Of a stretch of DNA of 62,384 bases, positions 16,912 through 25,240 are shown in pieces. The stretch's first letter is position 1. Every line of letters starts with the position of its first letter. A program made the position numbers and the translations under genes. Origin of the DNA: Chloroflexota bacterium (GTDB lineage Bacteria; Chloroflexota; Dehalococcoidia; UBA2979); contig JAQCKI010000002.1 in NCBI GenBank assembly GCA_027592645.1, positions 1 to 62,384 of the forward strand, given 5' to 3'. The notes below the pieces were generated by a model. It was not told where the DNA came from. It did no database searches and was given only the letters and a program-made list of their open reading frames with translations.

Positions 16912-17121
16912 CTACCGCTTCAAGAATTTCAGCGGTTGCAGGATGCCCAGCGCGAGTCCGACCAACAGCATGATGATCGGGAGTGCGATCACCATCACGC
17001 TGTCGAGTGCGAACACGCTCATCATCAGCAGGTCGAACGTGAGAAAGAGGCCAAAGAGCAGGCCGAATACGGCGCCCAACACGGGACGTCCACGGCCTCG
17101 CGACGGTTGAATGGCAGTCAT
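16912..17121 (-). CDS. Small (69 aa) two-helix membrane protein
   Basis: ATG at 17121 preceded by GGAGGTAATCGG. Two hydrophobic helices. Lies 29 nt downstream of the 188-aa envelope protein gene. Confidence 0.55.
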   Translation of the reverse strand: MTAIQPSRGRGRPVLGAVFGLLFGLFLTFDLLMMSVFALDSVMVIALPIIMLLVGLALGILQPLKFLKR

Positions 17122-17150
17122 CCGATTACCTCCGATGCTCAGGTCGTGTG

Positions 17151-17717
17151 TTACAGCCCGCGCGGGATCGCTGCGAAGCCGAGTACCGCTGCGGTGACGA
17201 GCGTGAGTGCCACCGATGCCAGCCCGACGGGACTGTCGGTGATACCACCCTCGACCTTCACGGTGATCGCCCCGGTGCAGGTCGCGGTGTCGTTGTGGAC
17301 GCCCTCGACGGTGAAGATGATGCCGCGAGGCAGCGCGCCCGGCAGATCCCATGAGACCTCGCCGGTGTCGCCCACGGTCTCGGCCACGGGGTCTTCCCAG
17401 GACTTGATGGTGAACGAAGGAATGCCGGGCGGTGTCACCACCCAGACGCTGCCCCCAGCGAATCGCTCTTCCGCCGGCACCGCGATGGAGCCGGAGTAAT
17501 TCGCCGACCCACTGAGCGGCACCGTGTACACCCCGCCCGAGGATGACGGGTCGATGGTGGTACCGGTTCCGTTGATAGTCGCGGTTACCTGGCACGGGCC
17601 GGTCAGCCGAGCCGGTATCGAGCCGTCACTCCCGGCAGCCTGCGCGCTGGCGACGCCGACGACGCTCAGCACTCCGCAGATAGCCAGTACGAAGGAGAGC
17701 ATTCCTCTGCGCGTCAT
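17151..17717 (-). CDS. Secreted protein with C-terminal membrane anchor, unknown function
   Basis: Signal peptide MTRRGMLSFVLAICGVLSVVGVASAQA. Beta-rich body with two Cys. C-terminal TM helix (VALTLVTAAVLGFAAI). Confidence 0.6.
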   Translation of the reverse strand: MTRRGMLSFVLAICGVLSVVGVASAQAAGSDGSIPARLTGPCQVTATINGTGTTIDPSSSGGVYTVPLSGSANYSGSIAVPAEERFAGGSVWVVTPPGIPSFTIKSWEDPVAETVGDTGEVSWDLPGALPRGIIFTVEGVHNDTATCTGAITVKVEGGITDSPVGLASVALTLVTAAVLGFAAIPRGL

Positions 17718-17818
17718 GGGCTTCCCCGGTCACTCCCGCGATCCCGGTTATCAGGATCGGCGGGACTGTACGCCATATGTGATGGCCTGTGGATAGCTGA
17801 AGGCAGCAAATTCCGCCG

Positions 17819-17837
17819 AGGCGACGGAACGTCGCCT
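17819..17837 (-). terminator. Short hairpin overlapping the stop codon of the NHL gene
   Basis: AGGCGACG-GAA-CGTCGCCT (8-bp stem). On the minus strand it is followed by CGGCGGAATTTGC. Weak. Confidence 0.3.
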
Positions 17838-18780
17838 AGTGCTGCCGCTCCATGCGGGTGAACGACTTCAGTTCGCGGGGCGGCGTCATGTGGCTGCCAC
17901 GGATCGTGTACGAAACTTCGCCCACGTAGACATCGCCCGTCGGGCTCACCGCCAGCCCGTGGGGCGCCATGAACTGGCCGGGCGCCTCGCCCTCCTCGGG
18001 GTCACCGATGCGCCCCAGCAAGGTGCCAGTGGCATCGAAGATGCTGATTCGGTGGCCCATCCCCGGGGCGCCCTCCATCAGCGGGACGGCGTTCAGTTCG
18101 CCCACATAGACGTGATGCTCGGCGTCCGCGGCGATCGCGCAGGGGCGGTGGATGTTGTTCCACACCTCGAGCAGGGCGCCGGTCGGTGTGAACACCTGCA
18201 CGCGGTGCGCCTCGCGGTCGGCCACATACAGCCGGTCGCCATCCAGCGCGATGTTGTGCGGCACCATGAACTGCCCAGGCTCGATGCCTGGCGTCCCCCA
18301 CGAGGACAGCAGCTCGCCGTCCGATGAGTAGTGATGGATGCGCGCGTTGCCGTAGCCGTCGCTGATGAACAGCGTGCCGTCCGGGGCCAGGGCCACGTCC
18401 GTCGGGCGGTTGAACGGCTCACCGCTGAACTTGGGTGACGGCTGCCCCGGCGTGCCGATGGTCATCACCAGTTCGCCATCGGTCGTCCACTTCGTGATGG
18501 TGTGGGAGCCGTCATCGACGCAGTAGAGGAAGCCGTCGGCGGTGGCGCGGATCGCGTGCGTCCGGTTGGTGAACACGCCCGCGCCAAACGTCGTGATGAA
18601 CTCCCCCTCGGGCGAGAGCACCACCACCGGGTTCTCCGGGTTCCGCGTCAGGAGGTACACGCGCCCATCGAGGCCGACCGCGACGCCTGGCACCTCCACC
18701 ACTCGCATGCCGTCCGGCAGTCGCTGCCAGTCCGTGCGCACCTCGTACGTCGTACCGCCGACCATCACTCGACTCGTCAT
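17836..18780 (-). CDS. NHL-repeat six-bladed beta-propeller protein (peptidyl-alpha-hydroxyglycine alpha-amidating lyase-like), copy 1
   Basis: ORF 17836..19104 trimmed to the ATG at 18780 (MTSRVMVGGTTYEV). Repeated NHL-like blades (FNRPTDVALAPDGTLFISDGYGNARIHHY, PHNIALDGDRLYVADREAHRVQVF, PHGLAVSPTGDVYVGE). No signal peptide. Confidence 0.85.
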   Translation of the reverse strand: MTSRVMVGGTTYEVRTDWQRLPDGMRVVEVPGVAVGLDGRVYLLTRNPENPVVVLSPEGEFITTFGAGVFTNRTHAIRATADGFLYCVDDGSHTITKWTTDGELVMTIGTPGQPSPKFSGEPFNRPTDVALAPDGTLFISDGYGNARIHHYSSDGELLSSWGTPGIEPGQFMVPHNIALDGDRLYVADREAHRVQVFTPTGALLEVWNNIHRPCAIAADAEHHVYVGELNAVPLMEGAPGMGHRISIFDATGTLLGRIGDPEEGEAPGQFMAPHGLAVSPTGDVYVGEVSYTIRGSHMTPPRELKSFTRMERQH

Positions 18781-18818
18781 GGCACCCACCTCCCCGCCAG
18801 CATCCGGCCGGGCGCATC

Positions 18819-20786
18819 CTACTCCGCGGCGGCGACCGCCACGGCCTCGTGGTACCGCGCGAGGCACGCCTCGATCACCACGTCCAGGTCCTCCGCGAGC
18901 AGGTACCGCTCCGCGATCAGCACCTCGGCGGCGACCTGGACCCGCTCCCGGTACGCCTCGCGCGAGGGGTACCGCTCCTCGATCGAGGCGCGCGGGTCGC
19001 CCGTCGCGTCGCGGGCGGCTCGCGTGGGGGCGAAGAAGTGCGATGAGCCCTGCATCGGCAGGATCTGCTCGGCCGCTCCCGTGTCCGGGTGGCGCGGGTT
19101 CCACGGCAGGTGCGTACCAACGGGCACGGTGAGATCCGGCAGCCGCACCCCGGCGACCTCGTTCCCATCGCTATCCACGGCGGAGACCAGAGCGGCGTAG
19201 GTGTCGCCCTCGACCGCCGGGTAGCGGCCGATCCCACGCCCCGCCTCCGGCCCGAGGTCGACCGTGCGCACCACCCACAACCGCTCCGGATCGGGCTGCA
19301 CGAGGCCCGGCAGCGGCTGCGCGGCCAGCGCCGTGGCCCGTGGGACGGCGGTGCCATCCACGATGCGCGCGTGGCGGCTCGGCGGTGGCTCGGCGCCCTC
19401 AGCGATCCATGCGTCGAGGTGGCTCAGTGCGGCACGGAGCAGCGGGCGGTAGTCGGTGACGTTGGCGCCGTAGCGGCCCTGCCCGCCGCCCTCGGCGATC
19501 TCGCGGCGTTGAGGCACAGAGCCGACCGTGTGCTGCGTCCCGGCGAAGTGGTAGATGCGCGACCCTGGCGCGGAGGCCAGGTCGCGCTCCCCGGCGGGGT
19601 CAACGTGGACCAGGCTGCCATCGCCGCGCCAGTACTCGGCGGAACTGTTGGTGTAGATGACACGCGGGGCGACACCAACCGCGCGCACGCGGTCGAGCAG
19701 CCCGGCCGTCTCGCCGCTGTACGGGTCGGTCAGCGGTTCGTCCGCGAACGGGAAGCGGTGCCCGAAGCCCGACACCGACTGCTGCGAGGGCTGAGCGAAG
19801 CGGTGGTTGAACTCGCCGAGGCGCCCCCCGGCGATGTGCACGAGCAATCCATCGAAGGCGGCGCGCCCGCTCTCGTCGGCGTTCAGACCGTGGGCGAGCA
19901 GCGTCCGCAGGAAGCGCCCGGTCTGCGACACACCGAAGCCGATCACCCGCTGGAAGCCGGCGGCGCACGGGTTCAACTCGGACGGTGCACGCAGGAACGA
20001 CGCGATCTCGCGCACGGCCAGCAGGCCCGTGCCCACCACCCGCGCGTCCGTGGCGGTGTAGATGACGTGGTAGATGCGCCCGGGCTCGAAACCATCGGGC
20101 ATGTGAATGTGCTCGGCGCTCGGCTGCACGCCGTCAGGCGTCTCACGCGCGAACTGCCAGGCGGAGCGACGCACCTCCGTGTCCTCGCCGTCCTCGAAGT
20201 CGCGCACGATCAGGCGTGCCGCGGGCTCTTGGAGGTCGACGGCCGGGTACGGACGGTGGCCGCGATTCGCCAGCGGGAACGTGCGCTCGCGCGTGTTCGG
20301 ACGGATCTCCACGATGCTCTGGCCGGTGACCGGCTTACCCTCCGACAGCGCCAGCGGCGCATCGAAGCCGAGGAGGCCGTCCTCGCGGTAGACATCCCAC
20401 TGCCAGCCGATCGAGGCGACCGAGAAGCCGTGGCGGAAGAGGAAGCCATCGCCCGGCGCCAGGTCCTGCGGTCGGGCCGGCCCCACGCGGTTCAGCATCG
20501 GGATCGCGCGCGGACGCCCGCGGTTGACCACGTCCACGATGAGCGCGCCGTTCCCGCGTCCGGCCTCCCGCGGGGTGATGATGACGAAGTCGGCGGTGAA
20601 CCGCACCCGACCGCCCTCGTCGCGGGGCGCCAGGTCGAGGTCGACGACGGCCCGGTTCGCCTCGTGGAGCGGGTCGACCGAGAAGGTCACGCTGCCATCG
20701 ATACGCTCGTACGTGCCGGCTTCGCCGAACGCCACCCCGTCCGCATACGCCTCGCGGCGGTCGATGTGTACCGAGATTGCGGTCAT
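18819..20786 (-). CDS. Large (655 aa) alpha/beta-hydrolase-like protein of unknown function
   Basis: Clean ORF with good coding appearance. The N-terminus MTAISVHIDRREAYADGVAFGEAGTYERIDG...LIVDVVNRG resembles a conserved hypothetical hydrolase-domain family. Assignment is from memory only. Confidence 0.7.
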   Translation of the reverse strand: MTAISVHIDRREAYADGVAFGEAGTYERIDGSVTFSVDPLHEANRAVVDLDLAPRDEGGRVRFTADFVIITPREAGRGNGALIVDVVNRGRPRAIPMLNRVGPARPQDLAPGDGFLFRHGFSVASIGWQWDVYREDGLLGFDAPLALSEGKPVTGQSIVEIRPNTRERTFPLANRGHRPYPAVDLQEPAARLIVRDFEDGEDTEVRRSAWQFARETPDGVQPSAEHIHMPDGFEPGRIYHVIYTATDARVVGTGLLAVREIASFLRAPSELNPCAAGFQRVIGFGVSQTGRFLRTLLAHGLNADESGRAAFDGLLVHIAGGRLGEFNHRFAQPSQQSVSGFGHRFPFADEPLTDPYSGETAGLLDRVRAVGVAPRVIYTNSSAEYWRGDGSLVHVDPAGERDLASAPGSRIYHFAGTQHTVGSVPQRREIAEGGGQGRYGANVTDYRPLLRAALSHLDAWIAEGAEPPPSRHARIVDGTAVPRATALAAQPLPGLVQPDPERLWVVRTVDLGPEAGRGIGRYPAVEGDTYAALVSAVDSDGNEVAGVRLPDLTVPVGTHLPWNPRHPDTGAAEQILPMQGSSHFFAPTRAARDATGDPRASIEERYPSREAYRERVQVAAEVLIAERYLLAEDLDVVIEACLARYHEAVAVAAAE

Positions 20787-20948
20787 GCGTCACCTCCCGG
20801 GCGGATCCATGCATCCGACCCTGTCCGTTGGGCGCAGCGTAGCGCCGGCGTCCGCGCAGGAGGGCGCGCACCTCGGTATCGTCAGTGTCGCGTTCCAGTC
20901 AGCGCGCGCCGGGCCGGACGAACCGTCCGCTAGAACGTCGGGGATCAA

Positions 20949-22205
20949 GTGGATCAGTGGTCGCGGCACCCTCGCTACCGGCTGCTCGTCGCCGTCGTCG
21001 TCTTCCTGGCGTTCACGCTCACCATCGGGATCGTGCAGTACTCGTTCGGCGTGTTCCTCACCGAACTCGAACGCGACTTCGGCTGGACGCGCACCGAGGT
21101 CAGCTCGGCGATGTCGTTCTTCGCGGTGGCGGGGCTGTTCGCGCTGCCGGTGGGCTGGGCGCTGGACCGCTGGGGTGCGAGGCCGGTGATGGCGATCTCG
21201 GTCGCGGCGCTCGCGGTCAGCCAGTTGCTGCGCCCGGCGATGACCGAACTGTGGCAGTTCTATGCGCTCAGTGCGCTCCAGTTCGCCGCGATGCCCGGCG
21301 CGGTGATGATTACCGGCGCACGCCTCGTCGGTGCGTGGTTCGATACCAACCGCGGACGCGCGATGGGGTTCACCTCGATGGGTGCGAACTTCGGCGGCAT
21401 CCTCTTCTCGTCGCTGACCGCTGTGCTGGTGAACTCGGTCGGGTGGCAAGCGGCGTACGTGGTATACGGGCTGTTGTTCGCGGCGCTCCTGCCGCTGGTG
21501 TTGCTGATCGTGCGCGAGGCGCCGGCGGTTGAACGTCGCACCGAGGCGGACACGAGCACCCTCGAGGCCGCGCCACCAGCCACGGCCGTATCGCCCACCT
21601 CGCTCGGGGTCAGCCTGCGCGAGGCGGTGCGCAGCCGATCATTCGCCCTCGTGGTGTTCGCGCTGTTCTTCGCGCAGGTGACGTACCAGTCAGTCCTGCC
21701 GCAGATCGTCCCGCACCTAGAGCACGTCGGTATCACCAAGACCACGGCGGCCGCCTCGCTCAGCGTCCTCGCCTTCTTCGGGATGGGTGGCAAGGTGTTC
21801 TTCGGCTGGTTCTGCGAGCGCTATCCCGCGCGGTACGCGTTGATCTTCAGCCTCTCCTGCCAGGTCACCGGGCTGGTGTGGATGCTGTTCGTGACAGGCC
21901 CCGCCGTGTGGCTGTTCGTGCCCGTGTTTGGCCTCGGGTTTGGCGCACTCGGCGTGATCCTGCCGCTGCTGGTGCAGGACACGTTTGGGCTGAGGTCGTT
22001 CGGCACGATCTTCGGGCTGATCAACTTCCTGACGCTGGGGTCTGCACTCGTGGGGCCGCCGCTGGTGGGCGCCTCGTTCGATTCGACCGGCTCCTACCAG
22101 ACCGCGTTCCTCGGGATCTCGGGCCTGTTTGCACTCGCGGCGGTCTCGATCTGGTTCGCGCGCCCGCTTCCGGGCGTCCGTAGCCCGGCGACCACGGCTG
22201 TATGA
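20949..22205 (+). CDS. MFS transporter
   Basis: 418 aa with about 12 hydrophobic helices. Has a GWALDRWGARP loop 2-3 motif typical of MFS. Confidence 0.85.
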   Translation: MDQWSRHPRYRLLVAVVVFLAFTLTIGIVQYSFGVFLTELERDFGWTRTEVSSAMSFFAVAGLFALPVGWALDRWGARPVMAISVAALAVSQLLRPAMTELWQFYALSALQFAAMPGAVMITGARLVGAWFDTNRGRAMGFTSMGANFGGILFSSLTAVLVNSVGWQAAYVVYGLLFAALLPLVLLIVREAPAVERRTEADTSTLEAAPPATAVSPTSLGVSLREAVRSRSFALVVFALFFAQVTYQSVLPQIVPHLEHVGITKTTAAASLSVLAFFGMGGKVFFGWFCERYPARYALIFSLSCQVTGLVWMLFVTGPAVWLFVPVFGLGFGALGVILPLLVQDTFGLRSFGTIFGLINFLTLGSALVGPPLVGASFDSTGSYQTAFLGISGLFALAAVSIWFARPLPGVRSPATTAV

Positions 22206-22268
22206 GATTGCGGATGGATCCGCACGCCCCCTCCAGCCACGTCGTAGCCATGTAGAATCGCTCGCATC

Positions 22269-22532
22269 ATGACGGAACCACAGACCAGTTCCACCATCGC
22301 CGTGCGGCTGTCCCTCTTCGCCGATCTGCGCCGCTTCGAGCCGGAGAATCAGCCGGGGACGCGCACGTTCATCCTCATCCCGGGTGCCACGGTGGCCGAC
22401 CTCGTGTCGGCGGCGGGCATCCCTCCGCAGGAGGACGTGACGGTCGGACTGAACGGCGAGCGAGGCCGCCTGGACACGCCGCTGAACGAGGGCGATGACG
22501 TGGTGCTGTTCAGTCAGATGGAAGGCGGCTAG
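22269..22532 (+). CDS. MoaD/ThiS-family ubiquitin-like small protein
   Basis: 87 aa ending in ...FSQMEGG (C-terminal Gly-Gly). Beta-grasp-like sequence. Lies 44 nt upstream of the AOR gene. Confidence 0.75.
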   Translation: MTEPQTSSTIAVRLSLFADLRRFEPENQPGTRTFILIPGATVADLVSAAGIPPQEDVTVGLNGERGRLDTPLNEGDDVVLFSQMEGG

Positions 22533-22576
22533 GCCCCCTTCCGAATTCAATCACCCCCCCGCACGGAGGAGGTCCC

Positions 22577-24379
22577 GTGGATCGCTTCGGCTACTGGAAC
22601 AAGATCCTGCACGTTGACCTGACCGCTGGCACCACCACGGTGGAGGAGCCGGGCGACGCCTTCTTCCGCCGGTACGGCGGTGGGCGCGGCCTCATCGGCC
22701 ACTACCTGCTGAAGCACGTCCCGACGGGTGCCGATCCGCTAGGGCCGGACAACATCGTGGTGTTCGCACCGGGCGTCCTGACGGGTTCGCCCGTGCCCGG
22801 TGCCGGCCGGCACAGCGTCGGCGCGAAGTCACCGCTCTCGGGCGGCTTCGGCGAGGCGGAGGCGGGCGGCTTCTGGGGCGCGGAATTGAAGCGCGCCGGC
22901 TGGGACGCCATCGTCGTGCACGGCGCATCGAGCACCCCGGTCTACCTCTGGATCAACGACGGCGACGTGGAGATCCGCGACGCAAGCCACCTATGGGGCA
23001 AGATCACCGGCGACGTGGAGGACATCCTCCACGAGGAACTGGCGGACCCCCGCGTGCGCATCGCGCAGATCGGCCCCGCCGGCGAGAACCTGGTCCGCTT
23101 CGGCAACATCGTGAATGACCTCAATGAGTTCGCCGGCCGCAGCGGCATGGGTGCGGTGATGGGCTCCAAGAAGTTGAAGGCGATCGCCGTCCGCGGGCGT
23201 ACCGCGGTGAAGGTGGCCGACCAGCCCGCGCTGCTCTCGATGGCGAAGTGGGTCAGCAGCACGGTGGACCAGGTGCACCGTGGCTTCCATGAGTACGGCA
23301 CCGGCGGTGCCATGCAGGGCAAGAACCTCGATGGCGGCATGCCGACTCTGAACTACCGCATGGGCGCCTTCGATGAGATCGCCAAGGTGGACGCCATTGC
23401 GATCAAGGAAGAAGTACGCATCGACATGGGTGCCTGCTACGCCTGCTCGGTGCGCTGCAAGAAGGTCGTGCAGATCGAGCAGCGCGAGGAGGACGCCGGC
23501 GTCACGCGCAAGGGCGTGAAGATCGCCGTCGACCCGCAGGGCCGTTACCGCGTGGATCCGAAGTACGGCGGGCCGGAGTACGAATCGCTCGCCTCGCTCG
23601 GCCCCAACCTCGGCGTGGACGACATCATCGCCGTGTGCAAGTCCAACGAGGTGTGCAACTACCTGGGCATGGACACGATCACCGCCGGCGCCACGATTGC
23701 GTGGGCGATGGAGTGCTACGAGAAGGGCATCCTCACCGTCGAGGACACAGACGGCATCAAACTGCAGTTCAGCAACGGTGACGCCGTGGTGCAGATGCTG
23801 GAGCGCATCGCGTACCGCGAGGGCATCGGCGACCTGCTCGCCGAGGGCTCACAGCGCGCCGCCGCCCAGATCGCGGAGGGCTCCGAGGAGTTCCTGACGA
23901 CCGTGAAGGGCATGGAGATGGCGATGCACGACCCGCGGCACATGCCGCCGATGCGCGCCAGCTACCTGCTCGCCCCCACCGGCGGCGACCACATGCGCCA
24001 GACCGGCGACAAGAACGGCCTCCGCAACCAGATTGGCATGTGCCACTTCCTGGCCTACGACGACGACCAGTCGGAGCAGATCATCAACGCCGTCACCGGC
24101 TGGGGCGTGGATCAGGCAGAGATGGTTGCGACGGCCCACCGAGGCCTCACCCTCGCCCGCCTGTTCAACATGCGGGAAGGCATGACCCGGGCGGACGACC
24201 GCCTCCCGAAGCGATTCTCCGAGGACCTGCCGCTCCACAAGGGCCTGACCAACGAACAGATCGACGAGATCGTGACCGACTACTACATCGAGCAGGGTTG
24301 GGATCCGCAGACCGGCCGGCCCACCGCGGAGACGATTCGCACGCTGGGCCTGGAGGCGGACGCCGTCGGGCTCGTCTAG
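22577..24379 (+). CDS. aor: Aldehyde:ferredoxin oxidoreductase family (tungsto-/molybdopterin, 4Fe-4S)
   Basis: GTG start with GGAGGAGG upstream. The N-terminus MDRFGYWNKILHVDLT is typical of AOR. Has the CxxCxxxC cluster motif (CYACSVRC) and a distal Cys (IGMCHF). 600 aa. Confidence 0.9.
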   Translation: MDRFGYWNKILHVDLTAGTTTVEEPGDAFFRRYGGGRGLIGHYLLKHVPTGADPLGPDNIVVFAPGVLTGSPVPGAGRHSVGAKSPLSGGFGEAEAGGFWGAELKRAGWDAIVVHGASSTPVYLWINDGDVEIRDASHLWGKITGDVEDILHEELADPRVRIAQIGPAGENLVRFGNIVNDLNEFAGRSGMGAVMGSKKLKAIAVRGRTAVKVADQPALLSMAKWVSSTVDQVHRGFHEYGTGGAMQGKNLDGGMPTLNYRMGAFDEIAKVDAIAIKEEVRIDMGACYACSVRCKKVVQIEQREEDAGVTRKGVKIAVDPQGRYRVDPKYGGPEYESLASLGPNLGVDDIIAVCKSNEVCNYLGMDTITAGATIAWAMECYEKGILTVEDTDGIKLQFSNGDAVVQMLERIAYREGIGDLLAEGSQRAAAQIAEGSEEFLTTVKGMEMAMHDPRHMPPMRASYLLAPTGGDHMRQTGDKNGLRNQIGMCHFLAYDDDQSEQIINAVTGWGVDQAEMVATAHRGLTLARLFNMREGMTRADDRLPKRFSEDLPLHKGLTNEQIDEIVTDYYIEQGWDPQTGRPTAETIRTLGLEADAVGLV

Positions 24380-24404
24380 GCACGTGTGCGCCTACTCCGC
24401 CGAG

Positions 24405-25040
24405 TTACTCCGCGGAGGCGTAGGCCTGGCCCCACCGGTCCGAGTACACGACCTCCTCGAGAGGTGCGCGCCGCGTCGGGCCGAAGCGCCCCATCGGGTA
24501 CCCCAGCGGGATGATCGCGTACGAGTGCGCGTCCGCCGGCAGCCCAAAGATCGCGTCGACCTCGGCGGCGTGACGGATGTGGCGGCTGGTCAGGGTCGCG
24601 CCAAGGCCCAGCGCCCGCGCCGCCAGCAACATGTTCTGCACCGCCGGGTAGATCGAGGCACCCGTCCCCCGGTTCGGTGACGCTCCATCCTCCAGGCAAG
24701 CGACGATCCAGACGGGCGCCTCGTGGAAGTGCTCGGTGAGGTACTCCACCGCGCTCAACTGACGCGCGTAGCCCTGCTTGGTGACACCGGGCGGGAGCGG
24801 CGCGCTCAGGTAGTGGTCGCGGATGCCCTCGTCCAGCGCCCGGGCGTAGTACACCTGCACGCGCTGCTTGATGTCCGCGTCCTTCACCACGAGGAAACGC
24901 CAGCGCTGCTGGTTGCTCGGATTCGGCGCGGCGACACCGGCCTCCAGCACCTGCCTCACGAGGGCGTCCGGGATCGGATCCGGCTTCAGCCGCCGCATCG
25001 CGCGCATCGAGTGGATGACCTCGAACAACTCGGTACCCAC
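24405..25040 (-). CDS. Nitroreductase family protein
   Basis: ORF 24405..25109. The GTG at 25040 is preceded by GGGAGG at 6 nt and gives VGTELFEVIHSMRAMRRLKPDPIP...APNPSNQQRWRFLVV, a canonical nitroreductase N-terminus. Confidence 0.8.
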   Translation of the reverse strand: MGTELFEVIHSMRAMRRLKPDPIPDALVRQVLEAGVAAPNPSNQQRWRFLVVKDADIKQRVQVYYARALDEGIRDHYLSAPLPPGVTKQGYARQLSAVEYLTEHFHEAPVWIVACLEDGASPNRGTGASIYPAVQNMLLAARALGLGATLTSRHIRHAAEVDAIFGLPADAHSYAIIPLGYPMGRFGPTRRAPLEEVVYSDRWGQAYASAE

Positions 25041-25149
25041 GGCGGGCCTCCCATCACGACTGGCGGCGTGCCCTGAGTGCCGAGCGGCGTCCACGGGCTC
25101 CCGCATCATGCCGCATCCGCCCGGCGACCGGCGAGGGCGCCGGCGCTCC

Positions 25150-25190
25150 GGGGCTTGTGGGCTTGTGGGCTTGTGGGCTTGTGGGCTGGG
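25150..25190 (+). repeat. (GGGCTTGT) x4 octanucleotide tandem array extended by GGGCTGGG; six G3 runs (G-quadruplex-type motif)
   Basis: Direct reading gives GGGCTTGT at 25151-58, 25159-66, 25167-74 and 25175-82, then GGGCTGGG to 25190. Lies in the 200-nt divergent spacer between 24405..25040(-) and 25241..26458(+). Confidence 0.95.
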
Positions 25191-25240
25191 ATTACACTCG
25201 TGCTCGCGCGCGTCTGCGCGACCCTGGAAAAGAGGACGAT

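Noticed and set aside
19089-20933. 614-aa plus-strand ORF
   Set aside because: It lies antisense to the 655-aa hydrolase-like gene. Arg-rich shadow ORF with no motif.
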